64,000 nt of DNA from Deltaproteobacteria bacterium (GTDB lineage: Bacteria; Myxococcota_A; Polyangia; Fen-1088): assembly GCA_033763315.1 (NCBI GenBank), contig JANRKS010000006.1, positions 32,001 to 96,000 on the forward strand, given 5' to 3'. The position numbers were made by a program, and so were the translations under genes. Below are positions 37,150 through 46,282 of this stretch, in pieces. The notes beneath the pieces were generated by a model. The model worked only from the letters and a program-made list of their open reading frames with translations. It had not been told where the DNA came from and did not search any database. The first letter of the stretch is position 1, and every line of letters begins with the position of its first letter.

Positions 37150-37620
37150 CTATTTGCCCCTCTGTTTGACGGCCCGCTTCAGCACAACCAGATCTGCGAG
37201 ATCTTGGGGCCGCGCCCAGAAGGTTTTCTCCGCAATTAGATCGTCGAGCGAAAGATAGTGAGCGTCCACCGTGCCGAAGCGTGACGTCACTCGTCGCGTC
37301 CAGGCATCCGCAAATCGCTTAATGGAACCAAAACTCGAGACAATGTCGATGCGTACTGGTGCCACACCCAATTGCACGATGGTATCGGGATTGCGCAAAT
37401 ATTCCGCGCTCGCAAACTTTGGGCTCGTTCCCCCAAAGAATTTGCCAATCGCCCTGACCGTGCGTTCCGCATTCGCGCGCGATGGATCTATGAACACATC
37501 CAGGTCCTTAGTAGCCCGTGGACGGGCATGAAAAGCCAACGCGTGTGCGCCGCCTATGAGGTACCTAACCCGCTCTTCGTTTAGCGAGACGAGAAACTCT
37601 TCGAAATCTGGGTGCGCCAT
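37150..37620 (-). CDS. nucleotidyltransferase (Pol-beta-like, DUF6036-type)
   Basis: YLIGGAHA..H..PRATKDLDV, C-terminal K...RPQDLADL. Confidence 0.85.
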   Translation of the reverse strand: MAHPDFEEFLVSLNEERVRYLIGGAHALAFHARPRATKDLDVFIDPSRANAERTVRAIGKFFGGTSPKFASAEYLRNPDTIVQLGVAPVRIDIVSSFGSIKRFADAWTRRVTSRFGTVDAHYLSLDDLIAEKTFWARPQDLADLVVLKRAVKQRGK

Positions 37621-37798
37621 TTTTTCCTTGGGCCTTCAAGCTACTTACCAGGCAGTCAAGCACAGCATCGACTCTTTGAATTGGGTTCAGGCCGCGATAC
37701 CAGAAACGAAAGTCCTCTTCATCGGCTCGTGACGACTGCACGACAGATACGGTCCATCGTTTGCCGGCACGGTTAACAACTTCCTTCCTTATCGCCAT
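37565..37798 (-). CDS. small protein overlapping the nucleotidyltransferase start (TA-like partner)
   Basis: EEDFRFW..LNPIQRV...PRFRRV pattern typical of small genes that precede this NTase type. Confidence 0.7.
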   Translation of the reverse strand: MAIRKEVVNRAGKRWTVSVVQSSRADEEDFRFWYRGLNPIQRVDAVLDCLVSSLKAQGKNGAPRFRRVSRLAKRRAG

Positions 37799-38397
37799 TG
37801 GGTCAGCTTACATCATCCACCGACCTAACCTGCGAGGTTCGTTCACACACGCGACTCATTCAGGCGAGCCGCGGGCAGGAGCGCGGACAAGGCCGCGCCA
37901 GCCGAGCGTTTTGCGAATTACCTGCGCAATGCGCCAATCGAATTTGTGTGGTTGACAGTCCGCTTTGGGATCACGTCATCGCTCAAATCTGATCCTTAAC
38001 CTGGCAGTGACAATCCTCCGCCAGCGAACCTCGCGCTTCAAAAGTCGCCCGCCTGCGATGGCCTCCCGCCCCTACGAGATCAGGTGGGGAAAGCCGAGGC
38101 ACAAGCCGTAAAGGCAATGCATCCCGAGATCCATCGGGGTCTATCGACAACCTACCGTGGCAAACCTGTTGGCTCGAGGTTTCAAAACTGCGCGGCGAAT
38201 CTCATTGCGGAAGCCATTGACGCTTACGCAAGGGGTCTACACCGCGACGCCGAGATCTCAACGGGGCTTTGCTTCAAGCCCTCGAGCAGCATAACGCCGC
38301 GTCGATAGCCTCGTTGTCGTCGCGGCACTTGAGTTGTTTGTTTTGTGGACCGCTTTTCGCCACACGCCCGAAACACGTTTGATGCAATCCTTCGAAT

Positions 38398-39396
38398 GTG
38401 AAGATCATCGATCATCTTAAAAGCGTCCAGCCCGGCGTCACGGTGCTTGAGATGGATTTTGCAACCAAGACCGAAAGGCAAATCGATCCATCAGAGATTG
38501 CGCCCGGGATCGCCGCCGGCCGGTTTGTTTGGATCGACGTTCAAGGCGAAGTCGAGGAGTCGCGCGCGCTTTTGCGACGCCTCGATTTGCTTGACGATGA
38601 CACCATCGAGAGCTGCTTGCGCTGTGAGCCTGCCGTGCACTACGAGAGGCACGAAAGCCACCTGAACTTATTGGTGTGCACTTATACCGGTGAGCTCCAG
38701 GGCAGCCTTGCGCTAGAACGACTTAGCGCCACCCTAAGCGAAAACTATCTCGTTACGTTCCATCAGGTCCCATCACCCCTCGTTCGCTCAGTGAGGGCAA
38801 ACTACCGCAGCGACTTCCTTCGGTTCGCGCAGACGCCCAGCTTCTTGATTTACGAGCTATGGGACCAAGTTCTTGATCGCTTCTTGCAGGCACAGAAGAT
38901 CATGGGTGACCACGTGGAGCGATTGCAACTTGAGCTGCACACTATGAACGTCGATGATGCGTTCTTCCAACGGCACGCGGTGTTGTCTTCCCAACTCCTG
39001 CACTTTCGGACCCTGTTGCTTCCCACGCGCACGGTGCTGTGCGATATGGCGACCCGTCGTTCAGCATTACTCTCCGAAACAACCCAGCGCTTCTTGTTGA
39101 ACATGGTCGGCACGGTAGACCACTTGATAGAAGACATGCTCGCGGATCGCGACATCCTTTCGAATTCGTTGAACCTTCACATGTCCATGACGGCTCATCG
39201 CACAAGCCGAGTGATGCACCGCTTAACCTCGGTGAGCTTTGTCTTTCTCCCGTTGACGTTTCTCGTGGGCGTGTACGGAATGAATTTTCGCGTTTTGCCA
39301 GAACTCGAATGGCGGTACGGATACGCCTACTTTTGGGCCGTAACCGCCAGCCTAACGCTCGTGATCAGCTTCTTTTTGAGACGCACCCGCCTTTAG
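38398..39396 (+). CDS. corA: CorA-family Mg2+/divalent cation transporter
   Basis: FLPLTFLVGVYGMNF..LPELEWRYGY signature with two C-terminal TM helices. Confidence 0.9.
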   Translation: MKIIDHLKSVQPGVTVLEMDFATKTERQIDPSEIAPGIAAGRFVWIDVQGEVEESRALLRRLDLLDDDTIESCLRCEPAVHYERHESHLNLLVCTYTGELQGSLALERLSATLSENYLVTFHQVPSPLVRSVRANYRSDFLRFAQTPSFLIYELWDQVLDRFLQAQKIMGDHVERLQLELHTMNVDDAFFQRHAVLSSQLLHFRTLLLPTRTVLCDMATRRSALLSETTQRFLLNMVGTVDHLIEDMLADRDILSNSLNLHMSMTAHRTSRVMHRLTSVSFVFLPLTFLVGVYGMNFRVLPELEWRYGYAYFWAVTASLTLVISFFLRRTRL

Positions 39397-39449
39397 ACCG
39401 ATCCGTGACCCGGCGCCAAACCCAGCCCGCGCCTCAGCCGTATCGCTCT

Positions 39450-39590
39450 CCTAAGCGGCAACGTTGTTATCACTGAGCGCAGCCAAAGCCGCGTAGTCCG
39501 CTGGGGGCAGGACGGCGGCCGCGAGGCCGAGCACGGCCCAAACCTCTGTTGTGGCGCGGTCGCTCTGATCCCGGACAACATCTCGATGCG
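39450..39590 (+). repeat. about 141-bp direct repeat, copy 2 (second hemerythrin 3' remnant, frameshifted)
   Basis: Minus strand reads EMLSGIRATAPQQRF, then a 1-nt deletion, then AVLGLAAAVLPPADYAALAALSDNNVAA*. Confidence 0.85.
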
Positions 39591-39654
39591 CCCGTGCACC
39601 ACGTCACAAGGCCACCCATGGTCAGGGGCAACGATGAATCCCGAATCTGGAAGC

Positions 39655-41337
39655 TTAACCCCCGCCCGCTGGCACTTCTGCGAACAGCCTGCTTTTCGTT
39701 GTTTGAAGCAGCAACTCACGGAAGGTCCCCTCTTTGCGGAGGCTGGTTTTGAGCGCTTGCACCGCGGCTTCGTCGCCGCTCGTCTCAAGCCGCCCGAACG
39801 CAAACCGGAACCATTGCTTTGCCCAGCAAGCCGCTGCGTCGTCGCTGTTTACCAGCTTCTGTGCCAGCTCTGTCACGCCCGTGAATTTCCCCAGGTCGGT
39901 ATCCACCGCTTCACCGGTGGCGTCGATCGGCTTGCCATGTTCGGTTGTGCGGTGCTGCCCCATGGCGTCGTATTCCTCAAAAGCGAAGCCAATGGGATCC
40001 ATAAGGCGGTGGCAACCCGTGCACTGCGGGTTGTTGTTGTGCGCCGTATGATGCTCACGCGTTGTCTGATCCGGCGGCGCCAGGCCGATCATTACGTTCA
40101 CATCGGGAGGCGGAGGAGGCAACGTGCCGCACAGAAGCTGCTCCCGAATATAGCGCCCGGTAAAAGTCGGTGAAGTTGAATTGAAACCCGAGTGGCTGGC
40201 CAGCATACCGCCTTGGGTGAGGATGCCCGCGCGACGTTTGGGATCGTCTAGTTCCACCTTCTTGAACGCTGTGCTGCCCGGCTTGCTAGCCCCATAGTAA
40301 GGCGCCAGATCGTCGTTCACAAACACGTAGCCGGCTGTGAAAAGGTCGGAGACTTTTCCCTCGGCCGCCACGTGCGCAGCAAAGGCTTCTGCACCCTTGC
40401 GCAGCAAATCAGCGTAATCGTTGTTCCATTTGGGGAAGGTCTTGGGATCCTTGGCGGCGGTTGAAATTTTTGAAAGCTCCAACCACTGCTTGTTGAAGGC
40501 CGCGAAGGTGCGTTTGGCCTTCCCATCGGAAAGCATGCGCTGCGCCTGCGCCGCGATTTGCGCTTCGGTTGTAAGCTTGTTGTCTGCCGCCGCAGCGAAT
40601 AGTTCCTCGTCGGGAAGGCTTTTCCATATCAAGTACGAAAGCCGAGAGGCCATCTCCCACGACGTGGCTGTGCGTGCTTTATCGCCCACTTGTTCAACCC
40701 TGTAGAAGAACGGAACAGAGATAAGCAACGACTGCGCCGCCATCTCAATCCCCTCCAAGAAGGTTTCGCCTTTTTCAAAAACACCCATCAGGCGATCAAT
40801 CTCTTCGGCAGCCAAGGGCCTGCGCCACGCGCGCCTGCCAAACCCTTCGATCACCTTGCGGGCACAATCGGTCGAACCGCCCCCGGAGGCGCAGCTGTTC
40901 CAGGTTGAAGCCTTTGCGGCGGCTGCTTTGGCCAACTGTGCAGAGGCGGCCAACGACTGTTCGGCCAGCACACCAGGAAATGACAACGCCGATCCGTTGT
41001 TGTCGAAGCCCTTCACCTTTTCCTCAACGGGAAACGACTGTGCCGGCGTCAAGGGCGCGCCAAGCATGTCCGAAACTGTGTTGTCGTATTCCTCGCGCGT
41101 TAGCCTGCGCATCACGAAGGCCGCGGCGGGACAATCATCAGCGTTCTTGCAATCAGTAGGATTAGGCTGCGTGCTTTGACCGCCGCTTTGGTTGCCGCCC
41201 GAACCGGATTCACCACCTGCGCCACCGCTGCTATCGCCACCGGTTTTGTCACTGTCTACGGTGCCCGTGCATGCGGCCAAGCCCGTTGCAACGGCCAGCG
41301 CAAACACAACTTTGCAGTTACGACTAACGGCTTTCAT
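39655..41337 (-). CDS. DUF1592/DUF1588-family heme-c lipoprotein (pair 5)
   Basis: Lipobox LAAC, MRRLTREEY, EMASRLSY, TSPT, CTGCH. Confidence 0.9.
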   Translation of the reverse strand: MKAVSRNCKVVFALAVATGLAACTGTVDSDKTGGDSSGGAGGESGSGGNQSGGQSTQPNPTDCKNADDCPAAAFVMRRLTREEYDNTVSDMLGAPLTPAQSFPVEEKVKGFDNNGSALSFPGVLAEQSLAASAQLAKAAAAKASTWNSCASGGGSTDCARKVIEGFGRRAWRRPLAAEEIDRLMGVFEKGETFLEGIEMAAQSLLISVPFFYRVEQVGDKARTATSWEMASRLSYLIWKSLPDEELFAAAADNKLTTEAQIAAQAQRMLSDGKAKRTFAAFNKQWLELSKISTAAKDPKTFPKWNNDYADLLRKGAEAFAAHVAAEGKVSDLFTAGYVFVNDDLAPYYGASKPGSTAFKKVELDDPKRRAGILTQGGMLASHSGFNSTSPTFTGRYIREQLLCGTLPPPPPDVNVMIGLAPPDQTTREHHTAHNNNPQCTGCHRLMDPIGFAFEEYDAMGQHRTTEHGKPIDATGEAVDTDLGKFTGVTELAQKLVNSDDAAACWAKQWFRFAFGRLETSGDEAAVQALKTSLRKEGTFRELLLQTTKSRLFAEVPAGGG

Positions 41338-42755
41338 GTCAGCAACTCCGTGATGGGTCCCGTGCTCTTGTCGGCGTCGCCAAACGTCGTCAGATTCACC
41401 CCCATGGCCTTCGCCAGTGTGAGATGTAGATCATTGAAGCGTCTGGTTTTGCCACCACCGTTATACTGGTGAGCCAAACGAACGTGCCGGCCAGCCCGCA
41501 GTGTGCCGCCTCCTGAACCAGCGATAAGGATCGGACAGCTGCGTGCTGTGTGTGCCCCACCGTGGTTCATCGAGGTCAAGAACACGGCCATCATGTCGTC
41601 GAAGGCACCAAAATCTTTGAGTCGTTGAACCAACACGCCAAACTGTTCCAGGCTCCATTTGGCCACAGCCCGCCACCCCTCCGCGTACTTCGCTTGTTCG
41701 GGCCATTTGCCCTCTTGTGCCTCGAAGTGCGAGGCGTCGTGCCACCGCCACGAGGGCAATCCGATCCAAGGGAACGTGAGGTTGTTGGCTTCGGTTCCAA
41801 ATTGGAAGGTGCCGATGCGTGTAAGGTCGCATGCAAAAGCCATCGCCATCAGATCGATCTGCTGCTTCATGATGAAGGGCGTGTCCTCGATCGCTTCAAG
41901 TTCGTCCCCATCGTACAAGCCTTTGCCGTGTGAAGGGCTGATGGAGCTGGTTTTCTCTGGTGGGTTGCATCCCTGCTGGGCGCCCGTGCCCAACCGGCTT
42001 TCTAGTTCGCGAAACGAAGTGAGGTATTGATCAACCTTGGCTTTGTCTGCCGCACCAAGCTTCGCCTTCAACCCGTTGGCCTGCGACAAAGCCGCGTCCA
42101 AAACCGATTGCTTCTTTGCGCGGAGCTTCTGCGCCTGGCCCGGATCCGCTGACACATCGGCAAACACGCGCTCCCAAAGCTTGATCGGGTTGTCGGTGGC
42201 AGGAACCGCCTGCGATTTCGATAGCCAGGAGATCGCCTGCCCTTGATTCGAGCCACCGTTGTGCACCCCCGCATGCATCGTCTTAAAGCGCGTGCTTGGA
42301 TTCAACTTCTGCGCAATCACCTGATCGATGGAGATCATGTTGCTTGGTGACTTTTCGTATGTGTCGGTGCCCGTCAAGGTTGTGCTGTACGCGGGATGGT
42401 TTCCACCCGAGTTGTCTAACCCCTCAACGAACGTCAGTTCGCTACGATGAGGCTCGAGCGCCTTGAGCATCTCGGGCAGCACATATTTGTCGTTGTCCAT
42501 CGCGCCCGGTCCGCTCCACGCGATTTCCCTCATCGGATCCGTGCGGTAGTTGTACTCTTTGGCTCCAGGTGCGGCCGGCCAAAAGACGTCGGCGTAGATT
42601 GAAAGCGGCTGCATCCAAAACAGCAGTTTTTTTGCGGGGGCTGCCTGGGCTTGTTTTCCCAAGGGCGTCATGGCCTCCAAGAAGGGCAAGGCCAAGGAGA
42701 AGCCGGCGCCACCGCGTAGCAGGGTTCGTCGAGACAGAGAAGGCGTACGTTTCAT
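41334..42755 (-). CDS. DUF1552-family Tat-exported protein (pair 5)
   Basis: SRRTLLRG..LPFLEAM, QSVLD, ACDLTR, WHDASH. Confidence 0.9.
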   Translation of the reverse strand: MKRTPSLSRRTLLRGGAGFSLALPFLEAMTPLGKQAQAAPAKKLLFWMQPLSIYADVFWPAAPGAKEYNYRTDPMREIAWSGPGAMDNDKYVLPEMLKALEPHRSELTFVEGLDNSGGNHPAYSTTLTGTDTYEKSPSNMISIDQVIAQKLNPSTRFKTMHAGVHNGGSNQGQAISWLSKSQAVPATDNPIKLWERVFADVSADPGQAQKLRAKKQSVLDAALSQANGLKAKLGAADKAKVDQYLTSFRELESRLGTGAQQGCNPPEKTSSISPSHGKGLYDGDELEAIEDTPFIMKQQIDLMAMAFACDLTRIGTFQFGTEANNLTFPWIGLPSWRWHDASHFEAQEGKWPEQAKYAEGWRAVAKWSLEQFGVLVQRLKDFGAFDDMMAVFLTSMNHGGAHTARSCPILIAGSGGGTLRAGRHVRLAHQYNGGGKTRRFNDLHLTLAKAMGVNLTTFGDADKSTGPITELLT

Positions 42756-42797
42756 GAAGATGTGTCCTTTCGTGACGGAAGGCCGTTACACCAAGTG

Positions 42798-44513
42798 CTA
42801 GTTACTCAAGGCGCGCTTCCAGAATGCGGGGTCTGAAAATCTGCGCACCAATCCCCCTCGTACCCCCTCATTTCGGAGATCCTCCACAAACGCTGCGTCC
42901 GCCGCACACGATCCTCCCTCCTGCAAGCCGCGACCTGCGATGAATGCTTCGAGTTTGCGCGCGAAACATGTGTGCGCGCGAGGCTGTTCAAGCACAACCT
43001 TGGCAAGACCGCGTGCGCCTTCGAAACTGAACTTTTGGTCGCCTTCCGCCAGGAAACCTGTGACGTCCAGCGATTTCTTCGCTCGCGCGTCCGTGGTCCG
43101 GTAGGCGCCGACACCATCAAACTTTTCAAGGCCGAAGCCCAAGGGATCCATAAGGTCGTGGCACAGGGCGCATCGTGGATTCTCGGCGTGAGCCACCAAG
43201 CGCTCGCGATGGGTCAGCACGCCGTCGGGCGGCAACGGAAACGCATTGACGTCTGCGGGGGGCGAAGGCAATTCATCGCAAAGCAGTTGCTCCCTCACAA
43301 AGCGACCGCGACGAATGATGTCGGTATCATTTTGCAAGCCGTGCGTGGCAAGGAACGCGCCTAACGTCAAAAGACCAGAGCGGCCCTGTGCGGCCGTGTC
43401 CGCCTTGGCCCATGTTCCATCATCCGCACCACCCTGCAGTCCATAAAATGTTCCCAGACGTTTGTTCAAAAAGGTGTGCGGCGCTGTTAGCAAGGTCTCC
43501 AAGCGTCCATCGCCGCGCCAAATAGCCTCTTTCACGAACGCTCTGAACTCGGACAACATGTCCGCGCGGATGTCGTTTGTGAATTTCGGATACGTCCCTT
43601 CATCCTTGGCAACCGACGTCACCGCTTGCACGTCCATGGTCTCATCGAAATACCTCTGCAGCGCGCCGCCAGCCTCCGCGGCCGCCAGCAACCGCGTTGC
43701 TTGCTTGGCCAAGCCTTCCTTCGAATCCAATTCGCCCTTCTTTGCAGATTCGAGAAGCTCAGCGTCGGGTGGCGAATCCAATAGGGTAAAAGATAAAAAC
43801 GAGGCCTTCTCGTATCCCGTCAGCTCCACCTTGCCGCCATCGGCCTTCGCGCCTAACTCGAATCTGAACAGTGTGTTGGGCGAGAGCAGGATGGCTTGGG
43901 TCAGCTGACGAAACGCCACGTCTGCGCCGTCGATCGCCTTTTCGGCGCTGTAATAGCTCACGTAACTGTCCACCTCTTCAGACGTTGGAGGCCGACGAAA
44001 GGCCTTGAGCGCCAGGCGTTCGATGGCCTGCTTCACGCAATCGTTCGATGGTGCGCCTTCCAAACAAGCGTTGATTGACTTGCGCGCCGTAAACACCGCG
44101 CTGGCCTGCGTTCCCAGCTTGTCCACCAGTGCTTCGACGTGCGGCACGGTGAGCGCCAATCCCGAAGCGGTGCCACGATCGGTAACAAACGGCTCAAGCG
44201 CCTTGGCCACATCTTTGGCGCCTGTGTTCACCGTCTTGAGCACATTCTCAAGCTGAACAGGCGTGAGCCGCCAAAGCCGTTGTGGCAACGGGCCACAAGC
44301 GTTCATCTCATCAGGCGTGCCGGAGCCGCCTGCAGCGTTTCCTCCGCGGCCGTTCGATCCACCGCTCGATCCCCCATCGCCTTTGCCGTCGTCCTGATCA
44401 TCATCGCCTTGCCCTGTTTGATTGCCTATAGAGCCTGTGCAAGCCACGAACGCGATGAGACACAGGGCAAATGTGGTGCGGACGGTCTGCGCGAATAATG
44501 TGACGTGGCTCAT
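42798..44513 (-). CDS. DUF1592/DUF1588-family heme-c lipoprotein (pair 6)
   Basis: Lipobox FVAC, AFRRP, EKASFLSF, IIRRG, CALCH. Confidence 0.9.
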   Translation of the reverse strand: MSHVTLFAQTVRTTFALCLIAFVACTGSIGNQTGQGDDDQDDGKGDGGSSGGSNGRGGNAAGGSGTPDEMNACGPLPQRLWRLTPVQLENVLKTVNTGAKDVAKALEPFVTDRGTASGLALTVPHVEALVDKLGTQASAVFTARKSINACLEGAPSNDCVKQAIERLALKAFRRPPTSEEVDSYVSYYSAEKAIDGADVAFRQLTQAILLSPNTLFRFELGAKADGGKVELTGYEKASFLSFTLLDSPPDAELLESAKKGELDSKEGLAKQATRLLAAAEAGGALQRYFDETMDVQAVTSVAKDEGTYPKFTNDIRADMLSEFRAFVKEAIWRGDGRLETLLTAPHTFLNKRLGTFYGLQGGADDGTWAKADTAAQGRSGLLTLGAFLATHGLQNDTDIIRRGRFVREQLLCDELPSPPADVNAFPLPPDGVLTHRERLVAHAENPRCALCHDLMDPLGFGLEKFDGVGAYRTTDARAKKSLDVTGFLAEGDQKFSFEGARGLAKVVLEQPRAHTCFARKLEAFIAGRGLQEGGSCAADAAFVEDLRNEGVRGGLVRRFSDPAFWKRALSN

Positions 44514-45922
44514 GCGTAAACCTCTTGCAGTGGGCCCTTGTTGATACGTGGATCGCCAAACGAGGTTACGTCCGCCCCCACCGCGCGGGCTATCGACACA
44601 AAGAAATCGGATACGGAATGGACGGGGTGCTCTTTGTTGATCTGCGGCTTGAAGCCGGAGTCCCCAGGGGTCACGAGGGTCATGCGTGGGTCGCCGCTTG
44701 TGATCTTGCTGGTGGGAAGTTGAACGAGACGCCCTGTTTTCAAGGCACCTTTGAGATCGCCCACGGTGATAAACAGATAGTCGCTTTGCCCGCCATGATG
44801 TTGGCCGCCCGAGTTGTTCATGAAAACAATGAGCGTGCTATCCGCTAACGTTCCGCTGCCATCGGATATGCGCTCCAATTGCCCCCGAAGGTAGGCCATG
44901 CTCTTCGCGGAATAGTTGTGGAATGCCTTGTGGTGCTCCATAGTCGCGCCGCCGTGCCACATGCCGTGCTGCCCTGGGTAGTTGGGCTTTCCCTCGCTGT
45001 TGTGCCAAACGCCTAAGAAGGGCATGCCTCCCGTGTTGTGGGCGATCACGCCGACCTGGGTGAAGCCGCACCCCATCGCCTGTGTCATGATGTCGGCGAT
45101 CACCTGCGGCCGATCTGGGTTGGCATACTTCCCTTTCAGTGCGGCGGGATCGGGCGCTTTGGGCGATGTGCAAGAAAGTTGAGCGGTTGCAACGTCCTTG
45201 AGCTTCGCTTCGATCTCGCGCAAGGACGTCATATACTGTTCAAGCTTGGCCTTCTCTGTTGACGCCAGGTTGTTTGAGGCCTTCTTGATATCGGAGACCA
45301 CGAAATCAAGCAGGCTCTTCTTCTGCCGCAAAAGCGCGGCCGCAGCGCCCTGGTTGCCGCCCGCAGGATCAGCCGGTGTGGTTTTGCCGAAGATCGAAGC
45401 GAAGGCGGCTACGGGATCTTGTTGGATGGCGAACGGAGCCAAGGGGCCATCGCTGCTGTAAGTGAGGGAAAAGTCGTCGTCCTCATCACCCGGCCAAACG
45501 GCCAAGTTGATCGAAGATATGGGGGCGTCTTTGCCCGCTGTTTTGGCGATGACGCGGTCGATTGAAGGGCCAAGCGGTGCCGTTTTGACACCTTCAAGCG
45601 GCTTTCGATCCATGGCGGTGAGTGGCCATAGGTTTCCGTGCAAGTGGTGCCCGAAGGGGTTGTACATGTGCTGCACAACCGTCGTTTGTGACTTGTAAGG
45701 GTCAAGCGGCGAAAACCCCTTCAAATCAAGACCCCCGCCGGAGGCCACCGGACGCATCTCGTCCGTAATGCCGATGCGATCAATGAAGAAGATGACGCGC
45801 CGTTTGGTGGTGGTGGCGCCCATCGCGGGCCGGATGGCCTGCTTTAGCATGGGGGAAAGAAGCCAGGCGCCCGCGCCAAGGCCCATCGCGGAAACAAAAC
45901 CTCTTCGTTTGAGAAGATACAT
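44510..45922 (-). CDS. DUF1552-family Tat-exported protein (pair 6)
   Basis: KRRGFV, SIDRVIA, KSLLD, GQHGMWH, GQHH; start inferred at ATG 45922. Confidence 0.85.
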   Translation of the reverse strand: MYLLKRRGFVSAMGLGAGAWLLSPMLKQAIRPAMGATTTKRRVIFFIDRIGITDEMRPVASGGGLDLKGFSPLDPYKSQTTVVQHMYNPFGHHLHGNLWPLTAMDRKPLEGVKTAPLGPSIDRVIAKTAGKDAPISSINLAVWPGDEDDDFSLTYSSDGPLAPFAIQQDPVAAFASIFGKTTPADPAGGNQGAAAALLRQKKSLLDFVVSDIKKASNNLASTEKAKLEQYMTSLREIEAKLKDVATAQLSCTSPKAPDPAALKGKYANPDRPQVIADIMTQAMGCGFTQVGVIAHNTGGMPFLGVWHNSEGKPNYPGQHGMWHGGATMEHHKAFHNYSAKSMAYLRGQLERISDGSGTLADSTLIVFMNNSGGQHHGGQSDYLFITVGDLKGALKTGRLVQLPTSKITSGDPRMTLVTPGDSGFKPQINKEHPVHSVSDFFVSIARAVGADVTSFGDPRINKGPLQEVYA

Positions 45923-45976
45923 CTTCGATTTTTTCTCCGGCAAGTGTGGAAGCGGCCAATGCTCGAGTAAGCAAGT

Positions 45977-46003
45977 GTCGCGGCCGGAGCCAAAGAAGGG
46001 TCA
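45977..46003 (-). promoter_or_regulatory. ECF-type promoter TGACCC-N17-CGAC for the pair 6/pair 5 operon
   Basis: Minus strand TGACCC TTCTTTGGCTCCGGCCG CGAC. Confidence 0.7.
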
Positions 46004-46282
46004 AAGTGAGGATGAAATTTTGCGAGGGCTCTAGTGCGGGGAAGCAAATGCGAGCAACACCGCCCCGGGGCCAAACGGGGGCAGCGACGGAAATTTGACG
46101 GTGCCAGGCGCAATGATGGGCAGCGCTTCAGTTGACGCAGCAGCGGGAGGGCTCGGTGGGGGAGGGCAGACGGCCGCGGGCGGCATCACCGCGGAACCAT
46201 AGCTGCCTCGCCCTCACTCAGTAGCAGTCGCCAAGCCTGGACTGTGGCGACATGGGTTTATCCTCATTGTTGACCCACAAAT

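Noticed and set aside
36704-39590. Islet as a transposon or integrative element
   Set aside because: There is no transposase, integrase, terminal inverted repeat or tRNA target; the flanks are gene remnants.
46004-46282. GC-rich intergenic stretch with short dyads as a possible ncRNA or riboswitch
   Set aside because: No recognisable family motif; short GC stems are expected at this base composition.
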